Assembly: GCF_963506605.1 (NCBI RefSeq)
Contig: NC_083277.1
Coordinates: 75,206,001-75,270,000, forward strand
Direction of reading: 5' to 3'
From: Zootoca vivipara
Taxonomy: Eukaryota
DNA: 64,000 nt
Both the position numbers and the translations under genes were made by a program. The notes beneath the pieces were generated by a model. The model was not told where the DNA came from and ran no database searches. It saw nothing but the letters and a program-made list of their open reading frames with translations. Of the stretch, positions 39,188 to 51,716 are shown one piece after another. The stretch's first letter is position 1; each line of letters starts with the position of its first letter.

Positions 39188-39392
39188 AACAAAATAAAAA
39201 TATTCCTTCCAGCAGCACCTTAGAGACCAACTAAGTTTGTTAATGGTATGAGCTTTGGTGTCCAGGCACACTTCGTCAGATACACGAAAGCTCATACCAT
39301 TAACAAACTTAGTTGGTCTCTAAGGTGCTACTGGAAGGAATATTTTTATTTTGTTATGACTATGGCAGACCAACACGGCTACCTACCTGTAA
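39188..39392. mobile_element. Penelope terminal repeat with inverted duplication
   Basis: Near-perfect ~74-bp inverted arms 39188-39261 and 39282-39355; same terminus as the 16354-16883 copy; imperfect flanking repeat CTACTACCTCTTTGA/CTACTAGCTCTATGA. Confidence 0.85.
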
Positions 39393-39734
39393 CTACTAGC
39401 TCTATGAGTTGCTTTTGTACCAGTTGGGGCCCTTAGAAGGACTTGTGATTCAAGTGGTTTTTTTAAGAGCATTTGCAAATTACATTCCTCCAAAGGGTCT
39501 GGTACTACTTGTATGGCATGACAGTGTTAGGAAAGCCTTTGGTCATAACTTTGCACAGCCTCCAATAACACATGAACAAAAATGGAGGAAGCAGCAATTG
39601 CATTGTTTGGGGGACCAAGTAAAGACCACTGCACATCTGCATTGTAACAGGTTGGAAAGGAGGGTGGGAAAAGAGCCGTGTGGTGTGGTGTAGTATGAGG
39701 CACCGTGGCTGCATCATCTCTTAATGCCCTAGAT

Positions 39735-39870
39735 CAGGCATCCCCAAACTGCGCCCCTCCAGATTTTTTGGCCTACAACTCCCATGATCCCTAGCTAACA
39801 AGACCAGTGGTTGGGGAAGATGGGAACTGTAGTCCAAAACATCTGGAGGGCCGAAGTTTGTGGGTGCCTG
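39735..39870. mobile_element. hAT (Charlie-like) MITE
   Basis: Same family as 16181-16316; perfect TSD CCCTAGAT. Confidence 0.9.
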
Positions 39871-39941
39871 CCCTAGATGATTTTACAAAGTATGAGCAAT
39901 GCAATAAACTTGACTTGACATGTCCTTGAACTGTAACATTT

Positions 39942-39942
<1 letters not shown>

Positions 39943-39981
<39 letters not shown>
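39943..39981. repeat. (CA)n microsatellite
   Basis: Direct reading. Confidence 0.95.
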
Positions 39982-39983
<2 letters not shown>

Positions 39984-41844
39984 TATCAAGGTGGGGCTCT
40001 GGGGATTTACAAAAAAACTAGGCCTCGGTTTTTGTGTTCAGACTACCTGATGGCTGAATAGGAGACAAATAGCCTACTCTTGAGACCTGGAGAGGTGAGA
40101 GAAGCTAATCAGAGCACCTTGTACTTTCTGAAATGGCCTCAGCTGGGCATAGAGAACCTGGTGCCCCTCCACAGGCTGTTGGGCCGCAGCTCCCATCAGC
40201 TCCAGTCCACATGGGCAATTGTACCGGGGATTATGGAAATTTAGTCCAGCAATATCTGGAAGCCCAGAGTCCTCACCCTGGCCTAAAACAACACTGCAAT
40301 CAGTACAGTACTTTTATTCCAATGCAAATGCAAGGGAATTTAACAGCAGGCCCCCTGAGCATGTTTACTCAGAGGTAAAACCCATGGATTTCAATGAGAT
40401 TTACTTCTTAGTAAGTGTGCATAAGATTGCAGCATAAATGAAGCAAAAAGGAAGAGAATCTATTCTACAGTCATCATCATCTCCAGATGAGAACCTGGCA
40501 ATTCTATCAGCCGATAATGCTGTACCATAAATTCCTGTGTCCTACACAACTCTTTCTGCAGGACACGGGAGACCTAACAAAGGAAAAATATGGTTTCACT
40601 AAAATCTGGAAGACAACCATTTGGACTTTCATTCTCACCGGCTTAGCTAAGAATTAAGGGTGTTAACAGTATGCAGTACTTTGTTCTTATGAAACAAAAT
40701 ATTTTGTTCAATGCATTTTTAATTAATTTTCCCAACTTTCATACCACCTGCACACTCATCCATAACTATATCCTTTCAACGCAGGGTATTCATTAATTAA
40801 TTAAACGAACATGTTAATTGCACCTAGATAAAAGCTTCTGAAGTGTAAAATAACTGATTATAGACACTGGGTTTTTAGTCGTGTTTCTGCCATTATGAAG
40901 AAATCACTGTTTTTAACATTTGTTTCTATGAAACCTGACCAGTTTTGCAACAGCTTTTGGAGAATCCACAACACCTTTAGGCAGCTTATTCCAGTAGGGA
41001 ATAAGCATTAAGAACAAAAGCGTAAGATCACTCTACCTCTCTCTCTATAGACACAAACTCACTCACACACCCCTCTAGCCTTCTTTTGGTGACCAACATG
41101 TAGTCAGCAGTCCCTTGGTTTATTTTAATATTAATTGAGATTAATAATGTTTATCCTCGCAGCAGCTTGTTAAAATAAATTCCCCTTGCATATCTCCGTC
41201 CTCCATCACAAAGCCACTCCAGTGCACCACTTACAAGAAAACTGGCGTGAGGCCAAGATAAAGCCAAAGATCAATGGGAAAGCACTTAAGCATCAGAATG
41301 CCTCACAGTGCTGATTAATCTGGATGAGATTTTATTTGTTAGGAGGACTGTCTTCCAACAGGGGTGGAAAGCATCCATGTGTATCAGTACCATCATATGC
41401 CTCCAGTATTTATGTTAACAAGCACCTAGACTCCAGGGTATATGGTACAGGAATTAGGATGTTCCCACTGCCTGTCAAAATTCATGTGCATTTATTTTTT
41501 GTTTTGCACGAAATTGCTTAATACTAATGTACTGTTGTTGTATGGGCAGGGGAGGGGGCATAAACATAGCTCTTTCAAAAAGGTTTTTGGTATAATCTTT
41601 TGTTTTATGGCTTGCTCAATGCTGCTCCAGTTTTGATTGCTGCTGTCGCTATTCTTATATAGTAATCTTGGGCGTTTTATGACTGTTAGCAAAAGTAGGT
41701 GAGATACGTTGCTTTTAAATATAGTATGTTTTCAGCTTTGTTTGCTGCCCTGGAAAATAAGGTGGGAGATAAGCAAATAAATAAAAAATCCACTTTATTG
41801 CCTATTACTGTATTGATAATCAATAATTTCTCAAGATGCTTCTA

Positions 41845-42020
41845 CAGTCATCCCTCGGTTTAAGTATGCCTATTTTCAGTTTAAGTACTCCGCGGACCCA
41901 TCTGGAACAGATTAATCCACTTTCCATTACTTTCAATGGGAAAGTTCGCTTCAGGTTAAGTACGCTTCAGGTTAAGTACAGACTTCCATAACCAATTGTT
42001 TGTAAACCGGTGTACCACTG
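41845..42020. mobile_element. Tigger/pogo-type MITE, degenerate
   Basis: TA|CAGTCATCCCTCGGTTTA ... TAAACCGGTGTACCACTG|TA; related to 9049-9465 in reverse orientation. Confidence 0.75.
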
Positions 42021-44872
42021 TATCACTGTTGAAAGAAAAGTGCTCAAGGATGACTGTAATTTCATAAAGAACAAGGCCACAGGGGCCACAGAATGATGAC
42101 CCTTTGCAGTAAGCAAGGTACTGTGCCCAACCATAACCCCAACCCAGGATTTTATACCTGAGAAAAAGCTAGTTTAAGATAACAACTTGTGAGACTGGCT
42201 TCAACATACGGTAGTACTCAAGTTGTCATAAAATCTCAGCTTATGTTATCTAGTCAGAGGCTTCCAAGACACTTGAAAACAAAAACAAACATTTGATGCT
42301 TTTCCATTAAAGTGCCCTCAAAGGCAAGTGATTGTAAAAGCCTGTCACAGGGACTACTCTTCAGCTACACGTGTACCTTGTACTTTTCTGGTAACATCAG
42401 TTGGTCTCTCTCTTTAGCATTATTCCGCATCCTACCCCCTCAAAGACAGAAAAAACTCTGGCCCTCCTGTTCTTGTTGGGCTGCTGTTGCCAACTGTCCC
42501 AACCACCATGGGGACTGGCTAAGCATGATGGGAGCTTTTGTCGAATGAAATCCAGTGGGTCACAGGTTCCCCAGCTCTGCCCCACCGAGCAAAACAGGCC
42601 GATGGAGATAGTTCTTTTCCACCAGCCCTCAAGGAGAGAATAGTATGAGAAATGGGGAAAGGGCATCAATTATCATTTCTGAAGGGAAGCAAAGCTGAGT
42701 TTTGAATCACCTCATATCACCTCATAGTTATCATTCAGGAAATTCTCACATTAGGAGCTAAATTCTAAAGTCAGAATATACATTCCAGTTTCTTAGGAAG
42801 ACAAACCTAGTCATTTCTGCCATCTGCTGTTTTTTTACACACACAAACTCCTGTATAGGGTTGCTGGTGTTTTTTCTCTCTTCATAACCGGGTTAACAAC
42901 AAAGTAAAGCTTAAACTTACTTAAGTCTCAATGGGCTTGCTTGAATTCTTTTCTTCACCAAGTCCTTTGGAATAATCCTCATTTCTATTTCCCCTCACCT
43001 TTATTTTTCCCTTGTTCCTTTTGGGTGTCCACTGTCGGCTTAAATACCAGCTCTGTATGGCTGCTACTCCACCACTGGGCTGGTATTCCACCACTGGGAA
43101 TCTTTCCAAAATCTTTAAACTGGAAAGCTGCAATGCCCTTGCTGCTGACTTCATAATGCTGGCCTTTGAGGGAATGGGGTGATGTCATAGTTAAAGCGCT
43201 AGGATACCAACATTTAACATTCCTGCAGCAGCACAACTGGTCAGTCCTTTTGCCAGTCCGTACTCATATCTTCACATCAAACTGCCCTATCTCAACAACT
43301 TCCTCAAAAGATTAAAAAACAACAAACCCTAATAACACACCATTTATTGATGACGTTTAAGTATGTCAGATTATGCAGGAACATCTCTCAAAACTTTAAG
43401 ACCAATGTTTTAATGTGGTGCCCTCTAATGGACACATTGAAGAAATGCGTATTATATGGCCGCAGGAATTTAAATAATTCGGTAAAGGCGAACACTGAAG
43501 GGGGTAGAACTGGTCTATTAGAATCATAGAATTTTAGTCAGAAGCAACCCTGAGGCTAATCTACTGCAACCCCCTGCAATGCAGGAATCTAGACACTTAT
43601 TCCTGCATTCTTATTAACAATGCCATAAACGGATGCACAGTTAGAAAGCGCTTTTACATCTTATTTCCAATAGCAGTTAGCAGAGGGCTCAAGGCATTTA
43701 AAAATGCAACTTTATACAAAAGGATGAAGAGTGCTCACAACAGCAGAAAATTTAATTTGCATCTCCTATGATGTCTGAAGTCACTGTTATTCTTACACTG
43801 TGGATGAAAGTTGGACTGCTTTCAGTGGGGTAGTGGAATGAAGTGCTGCTACTTACTTCACAGCAGAAACAATGGTATTTCCTTGGTGCTATTTACCCAT
43901 CCCTCCACACGGCGCCCAATAAATAAGCTTTCACCGGAGAGAAACCACCCCATATGCTAAGCAAAGGAAGAGGCAAGCCACCTTAGCATGCATGGCTACG
44001 GGTTTAACTGCCTCTTCAATTCTGAGCAATTCCAAAATTATTATCACCACCCAAAATGTCACAAAATAGGGAGCAAGCTTTTGAGTCCAGGGAGTATAGT
44101 TATAGGACTAGTCACAAAGGGTGCCTGAACTTCAGCATCGACCATTGCACAAAGGATGGCAACAGAGGGTAATGGAGTGAAAGCTCTTACCGTTTGTTTA
44201 ATGGTGCATCTCATATTCAGCAAGCCACCAAAGTATGCTTTAATTTCAGAGGCAAAGAGAAGCCACCTCTACCAGCTGATTTGAAAATGGATGCAGGTGT
44301 GCTCAGGTTATTTTCCTCAGTGAGATTCTCCATCAGCTGCTCTCACACAGCCCTGGTAATTAAATCAGGTGCTTAACATTCCATTTTGGGGAAACTGGTT
44401 TTTTTCGGGGGGGGGGGCACAATATGTGAATCTGTGTCGAACTTCTACACCATGTATTATGTAATGGAAGAAACTGTAATTTACCATTTCCATGTCTTTC
44501 AGTACAAGCGTGCATTTTAAGTACCATTTTCTTAAATGTAAGGTCTCCTAGAACAACTGGTTCCTATTTATAATAAATGATGTTTACTAAACTTCAGGGC
44601 TAGGCATGACATCTGTGCTTGCCGATCAATTGCAATCTACTTGAGGGCCATGACAACAGCATCTATTGGTTTCTTTGACCTCAAAAGCACGATATTCAAC
44701 ACAATATTCCCTCTGCATGTGCTGTATTTTGTGACATGCAGAATTTGGAAAACAATGTCATGTAATTCCCAGCAACTCCATTGCATTGAGGGAATTGCGG
44801 AACCCGTACTCAGCAAAGATGACTGATCCATCAATGGCAATTTCCACATGAAAACATTATCTAGCACATGTA

Positions 44873-45640
44873 TCCTATATAATAATGTCCAAGATGTCCC
44901 TGCGTCCAAGCTGTCCCGTGTGTCCCTGGGGTACTGCGCATGTGCCCCAGGGATACAGGGATTGGACAGCAGAGACTGCGCGCGCGCACTCTCCCCCCCC
45001 CTCTGCCTCCTCCAACCGCCGCTCCCGCCGGACACTGCCTCACTGCAGGGCACGTCAGGGAAGCGAGGGTGGAGGCCGGCGAAGGCCTCCTCACAACCCT
45101 CCCTGGCCCGTGAGAGGAGCGGCGGTTGGAGGTGGGGGGGGGGGAGAGAGTGCACGCGTCCTTCCTGTCGGCGGCTGGGGGAGAGGAAGGAAGGAGGAGA
45201 AAGCGCTCCTCCGTTCCTGTCCCCCTGCCGCCGACAGCAAGGACAGGTCCCAGGGTTCGGAGAAGCGCTGCGCAAGCGCTTCTCCGAACCCTGGGAGGTC
45301 TCCTTGCTGTCGGCGGCTGCGGGAGAGGAACGGAGGAGGAGAAAGCAGCGCTTTCTCCTCCTCCGTTCCTGTCCCCCTGCCGCCGACAGCAATGACAGGT
45401 CCCAGGGTTCGGAGAAGCGCTGCGCAAGCGCTTCTCCGAACCCTGGGAGGTCTCCTTGCTGTCGGCGGCTGCGGGAGAGGAACGGAGGAGGAGAAAGCAG
45501 CGCTTTCTCCTCCTCCGTTCCTGTCCCCCTGCCGCCAACAGCAATGACAGGTCCCAGGGTTCGGAGAAGCGCTGCGCAAGCGCATCTCCGAACCCCAGAA
45601 TTTTCTAGAGCCCGTTATTGAACGGGCTGAAATACACTAG
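44873..45640 (+). mobile_element. Non-autonomous Helitron with internal 152-bp tandem repeat
   Basis: A|TCCTATATAATAAT start; subterminal hairpin AGCCCGTT-attg-AACGGGCT (45609-45628); CTAG|T end; no TSD. Confidence 0.85.
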
Positions 45641-46161
45641 TTATATAATAAATGGCTAGGCGACTATACGGGGCTCTCCATTCCAAGACTTTGCACATGC
45701 TTTTACCGGAACTGTAGGTGCTCAATAATTGCTAATATCAAAATAGAAGGGCAGCAGATTCAAAATGGGAGATGATGTGGCGGCTGATAGTGGGTGCAGG
45801 TCTCCCTCTTCACCAAACAGTGTCACCCTTTAGCTATTCTTGGAGGTTTAGCAGCAGAAAATTAAAAACAGCTCCCAGCTGGTCACAGCTAGCTTTGAGA
45901 ATTAATAGCTTTATTACCAACACATTTCAATGCACACATTCTCAAAATGAGACAATACATATTTTAAGAAAAGTTTGGTTCAGAGCCCGAAAGCTGCTGA
46001 TTGTGGGGTGTTTTGAATCTCAGTAAGCAGGAATCAAATTCCATTATGCTCAAGCCAAGTTTATGTACAAATGCAAGTCAGCACTGCTGACCAAAACCCA
46101 CAGGCAACAAATACAACAAAGTGTTCAGGACGCAAATGCAGGCGCTCACCGTGGTAATGTT

Positions 46162-46167
46162 TTTATT
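46162..46167 (-). terminator. STK10: Candidate polyadenylation signal of STK10 (3'UTR about 2.7 kb)
   Basis: AATAAA on the minus strand; U-rich upstream sequence and GU-rich sequence downstream (TTTGTTGTATTTGTTG). Confidence 0.5.
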
Positions 46168-48879
46168 AGATTATTTACATCATAGTGGTTTCCCAAAAAA
46201 AGAGAAAACCCTTTTGGGTAGAAGAATCAGCCCCCCCCCAATGTAAAAAATATTGTAGTTTTGTGCCAAGGGAGAGAAAGAAAAGGTTGGCTTTGATTGG
46301 GTTAGGGAAAGAGAAAAACAAAGAAAAGTGACACTTTCTTGCCGCAAAAGGAGCAGGACATCCTTGCAACACTGCACGAGGTAAATATTGCACTTTTGTA
46401 AAAATTACAGCAGCGCTGGGTAGCAGTCAAGACCACACTGGCACACAAAGAAAGATAAGCACACACAAACTTGCAGCAGTATTAAAATTAGCAACTTTTG
46501 TTTGATTTCTTGGCCAAGGATGAAGACAATTAGATGACTCTGGCTGACTTATAAGGAGATTGAGCTGCATGTGGGTGTATCCACAACATACATAAGCCTG
46601 TGCACAATGCAAACTATCAAAAATTTGCAACATAAAGTTAGAACAGAAATTGGCTGTCAGGTTTGGAGAAAATTAGGATATCTGAATTTTCAGAACACAA
46701 CCCACTTACAGGCTCTGTTCAAGTTTCTCTCAGTCTCACCCGACAGTATCTCAAAACACAATTATTTAGAACAGGACAGTAACCCCATGGTTTCTGGGTG
46801 CACATTTTCTAGCCTCTAAAATATCCAGAATCAGGAGTCTCTTAAACAAGACAGTGAAACTGCAGCCTGGCAGCAGCCAATGACTTTGCTAGACCTCCAT
46901 TTCCATTCCAGCAAGTTAACTCTGAGAACAGAAATCACATCAACAGCAACATGGCTTTATAGGAAGACAGGGAAAGAAAAGCATTATTTCTTATACAGAT
47001 CAAGTGCTGGAAAGGTCCTGAGTGATACACAAAACGCCACACTGGAGCATTTTGCCAACTTAAGTGCTTTGAGATGGCACAACGAACTGTGAAGACTTTG
47101 TTTGAATGAAGTACCAATGAACTGTGAAGACTTTGTTTGAACGAAGTACCAAATTTAAGCATTTACCACAAACAGCTGACCCAGATGGAGGATTATGTGA
47201 ATTGCACTGTGCAAAGCATCAAGACTTCAATATAGATTTAATGTCTAGGGAAATGCAAATTGGCCAAACTGATAAAGCCCTGACATTTCCTGAAATATGT
47301 ATTTTAAAAGTGAAATGGGGAGTGGGCAAGGTGTGAGGGGGGAATAACATATCTTTGGTTTAAAAACAGCCTTTGGAAGACTTAATGATATGCTGATTAT
47401 ATATTCAGCATTTCAAATGTATCACATTCTATTCTGCTATATGGGGCTCCTCTTACCTGGATCATTCTGGCTTGCTACAAACTCAAAAGTAGCAGCAAAG
47501 GGATACACAATGGCCAAAATGCTGGTTTTTGCCAACATCATGTTCTCAAATCACAGCACACCCAATAGTTTATACAGTGGACCTTAAAAAACAAAAATGA
47601 AAAGCTAGCAATTGATGTCCTATGAAACTCACATGAGTTGATGCAAAACAAGATGCCTTTAACCTTAGGCCAGTTGTAAACTTGCTGCTACAAGGCATTT
47701 GCACTGTTCTTCTATTTAATATATTGGAAAGGGCAGCCACTAGCTCTTGCCATAACCTGAGCACAAGCTTTGCCTTCTGGACCAACTGGGCTCGCGAAAG
47801 AAATGGAGACAAGAGAGATAGAACTCCCTGCTGATGAACACAGGGAAAAGAAACCCATTGCCTCACAATGGAAGAGGAGGGGAAAGTGAAGAGCAAAGAC
47901 CAGACCTTTATGTTACCCACCATTTTAGGATCTGAACTGTGTGGGCCTCTGCACAACTTATTAATAGGGGCAGGTGTGCGAAGTTAAACATCCCCAAGCT
48001 GGGCAGCAATTTCCACAGGTGCCCATGTATATGCAGCCTTCGCAAGTGTTGAATTGCACTCTAAGTTGGATCATAAGCTTCTCATTGCCTTTTTGGTCAG
48101 GCTTTGACTCGGGACTGATTTGATTTAAACACTCCACTTGTATGTTTCAGGCTGTGGTAACTCTTTGAGAAAGGGCAGAAATTGTGTCACACGTTACCAG
48201 GGTGGTGTGCTGGGTCACTTCAAAACAAGCTGAGGAATTGATGAGTTTCAATGGGAAGGCCTAGATTCTAGGCCCTAGTAGGAGAGGAGAAGGAGCCCTT
48301 TGTTTAACTGACAAAGATGGAGGCCACAATAAAAGCTGACAATTTCTCGTTGTCTTTTGTAAGCTGTGAAGCTGAACTCCTAGTGCTTCAAGGCAGTAAA
48401 TGGTTAGACCATTAAGACTAAAAGGTTAAGTGAGATCCACTGACAGACATAGAAAGTTGGGCCTAACAGGAAACTAGTTAGAAAATTAAACAGGCAAGTT
48501 TATCAGCAGCACTTAACAGCCATCAACAATCTTTTAGGTCACCACATTCATCCCTTCAACAGATGGTTAAGAGATAAAACTGCCCAAGGTCTGGGCAATG
48601 GGATCAGCAAGCGATGTGAACTCTGCACATGACCCCATTAGCTCTACTCTCTGAAGCTCACCCACAACTCTCCAAGTGCAACTGGTCAGCACCAGCCAGG
48701 GCCACATGAATGGGAAGCTGTCTCATCTCTAGGGGAACAGACCTCAGGCCACATTGGTTGTCTCAGACACAAGAGGAAATCAGAGTTGGCGCAGGAGAAA
48801 AGGGAGCCCTGACAGTCCTTTGGGTCAACTTCTCTGTGGACAAAGGCAGGAATTGCCTTTCTGTCCACTAATCCAAGGG

Positions 48880-49020
48880 TTATGAAGCCTCTGCAGAACT
48901 GAATGGGACAAATTTGGCAGGCTTGTTTGGCGACCTTGAGGGCTGACCATCGGTCTCATCACTGAGTTTGAAGAACATTTCTTGCTCTCGCTTCTTCTGA
49001 TTCAGTTCATCTTCCAAAGC
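48880..49020 (-). CDS. STK10: STK10 final coding exon
   Basis: cag|[46 protein letters not shown]; matches the STK10 C-terminus. Confidence 0.95.
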   Translation of the reverse strand, partial: ALEDELNQKKREQEMFFKLSDETDGQPSRSPNKPAKFVPFSSAEAS

Positions 49021-50035
49021 CTGAAATGCGAAGAGAAATGAACTCAGTTGGAGAAATGCTTTAAGCTGTGATCACTTCACTGCTCTCTGCCACCTGGATT
49101 CCTGTCAGCTTACATCAGGGGTGGGAAAAAATTTCTGGCCAGGAGGGCTCAGATCTTAATCTCCCAAGACCTGGCAGACGTCATAGTGATGTCACGTGAT
49201 GTTGCACTTTGACGCCCCTGTTTAATAGCCATTTGCAAACATCCCCATGCTGCTCCTTACATCTCTGAAAATCTGAGGTTTAAAGTACAGGACTGTTTAC
49301 AAATGGCAATTCAAAAGCCCTTGTCCTCATTATTCCTTAGCCCTCATTACTCCTTAACCTTCTGAAAATAGAGGCTGCCCCATGCTACTCTTTGAATCTC
49401 CAATTTGGGGGGGGAGGTTCAAAGAGCAGCATTAGAAGGGAAGAGTTTCCATGGAATGGAAGCCACTTCCCCCTTCTTAAGCAAGGCATGCAGCCATGCA
49501 CCTATCAGGTATGATGTCAGGTGGAGGGTGGGTGCAGCTTCCCAAAAATGACCTGGCACGCCAAGTTTGGCCCATGGGGTGGAGGTTCCCCAACCCTGGC
49601 TTATGTACATGAGTTGTCAAAAATGAAACAAAATTAGATGAAATTAGAGGAGAGAACCAATTCCCCAAACCTAAACTTGCAACATTTCAGAAATAGGTTG
49701 TCCTAATTCAACCCTCCTCCAAATCCAAATTGTTTATTTATTTCATTGCTGTTCTGAATAGCTTCTTAGGAAGCTTCTCAGACAATAACAACATATAAAA
49801 CACTTTCAATTATAAAAACAATTTTAAATCCAATAGAAATACAGACTGGAATAAAAATTACTGCTAGCATTTTAATGAGCACGAAGTATTCCTCCCCCCC
49901 CCTGGAGTATTTGATTTGGCAAATTGATCTGAAAGTCAAAAGTTCAATACTGAAACTTTGATTCCCCGCCCGCCCCCCCCCCCAAAAAATTCTAATGGTC
50001 TTTGAAGTTTTATTCCAACTTTCTTTAGCTGTCAC

Positions 50036-50149
50036 CTTTTTCCGTGGCCTCAGCTTATCCCGCCAGTCCTTCAAGTTCTGATTGTGGTTTTCATCCAGAG
50101 CTTTCAGTTTCTGGGTCTCATGTTCAACCAAGAGATGGCACTTCTCATT
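50036..50149 (-). CDS. STK10: STK10 coding exon
   Basis: tag|[38 protein letters not shown]|gt; 114 nt. Confidence 0.95.
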
Positions 50150-50704
50150 CTATACAGATTTAAAACATCAGAAGAAAAACAAATGAGGGAAGCTCTGCAG
50201 AGCAAAAAGGTCAGTATCAAATCCAGCATCTCTGCTGACTTGATTTATAAACCCAACATGACTTTCCAAGACCAGGAAAGAACAAGATTAACTTCAAAAG
50301 CAACAAAATCCCAACTCATTCTATGCTCATTCCAGAAACCTTTTGCGTCCACTCAATTTGGAGTTAATGAATGTCATGGTTAGAGGCTGCTCAGCCACGA
50401 ACCCCATTGAGAGGCTTTGGAAAATTCACCCTCTCCATGTCTATCATACCTCACAGGGTTGCTGTGAGGATTATATATACACCATCTTTATGGAGAGATA
50501 GGATGTAAAATGTCACGACATGCCAAAAGCAAAAACAAGAAATATTGAAGCACCTTTTCCATTTCTGGGAGGGTTTTGTTGTCAGGTAGGATGAACCAAC
50601 TTTTCAGAATGGATGGCAGACTTTTCTCTATGAGCCAAACTAGTGGGATGCCACACCCCTCCCAAGCATACCTAAAGCTGAGCCAAAAGATGGTTTTGAG
50701 TTAC

Positions 50705-50830
50705 CTGTAACTGTTGGAGTTCATTCACGTTGCTCTCACACTGGGCACTCATATCCTTCGTCTGTATCTCATGTTTCTGCTGCTGCTGCAGTCGCTCAGC
50801 TTTCTGCCTTTTTTCCTCCTGCTGTGCAAA
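50705..50830 (-). CDS. STK10: STK10 coding exon
   Basis: cag|[42 protein letters not shown]|gtaa; 126 nt. Confidence 0.95.
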
Positions 50831-51716
50831 CTGAAACAGAAGGGAGCAACCCAACATCACCATCATTAACTGTGGTTTTAAATTACCAGGCTATGTTCGC
50901 AGGAATTTTAAACATGTCTCCCTACATTTTATATATATATACCAGGAGCTAGAATGCTGCACGTTGAAGACATGGAGGGTCACCAATGTGAGAACAATTT
51001 ATTTTCAGGGGGAAATGCCCCCTCTCAGCTTCTGCACTAGGAATAAGACCCTCAAATACATGTACTCCTTTGATATCTGTTGGTGTGAGGACAATATGAT
51101 CTGATTCCATGGCACCTTGTATTAGTTGCACCACAGGTGCCAGAGCAATGCAGGGGGCATAGCTATGACATTCCCACCCTTCCATGAAACCATGTGTTGC
51201 AGGAAGGTTTCTTGAGCTACCCACTGTCTGAAACCTTCTAGCAGTATTAACTTGTGCTTTATATAGCACTGGAGCTTAAAATGTCAGTGATATCAGATGG
51301 AACTGAGCAAATATCTGTCAACAGCCTGGACCAGTGGCTTCTGGAAGTACGTGCTGTTGAGCAAGGGACCCTCCATGTATAGTCTACAATCCTGCTTTCC
51401 AGCCTCACATTGGGCGAAAGATTCCTGAATTGCGGGAAGTTGGACTAGATGATCCTCATCATCCCTTCCAACTCTACAATTTTATGATTAACAGTCCTCG
51501 CTTGCAGGAATCCGAATGCAATGTCACTGCCTCTCAGCCTAACCTACCTCACAGGTTTGTTGTGGGGGTTAATGAATGAGTGGGGGGGGGGAATTGTGTG
51601 TGCTACCCCATTGGAGAAAAAGGTGTGATATAGATGAATGAATAGATGGATGAATGAGTGAATGCAAGCGCCACAAATCGAATCCTTCCGTCAAGGGTCC
51701 TAGTGCTACCCTTCAC

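Noticed and set aside
45150-45597. CRISPR-like repeat with palindromes
   Set aside because: Eukaryotic context; the intervening segments are identical rather than unique spacers; no cas genes.
44637-45621. Overlapping 160-257 aa ORFs on both strands
   Set aside because: Artefacts of the GC-rich palindromic tandem repeat in the Helitron.
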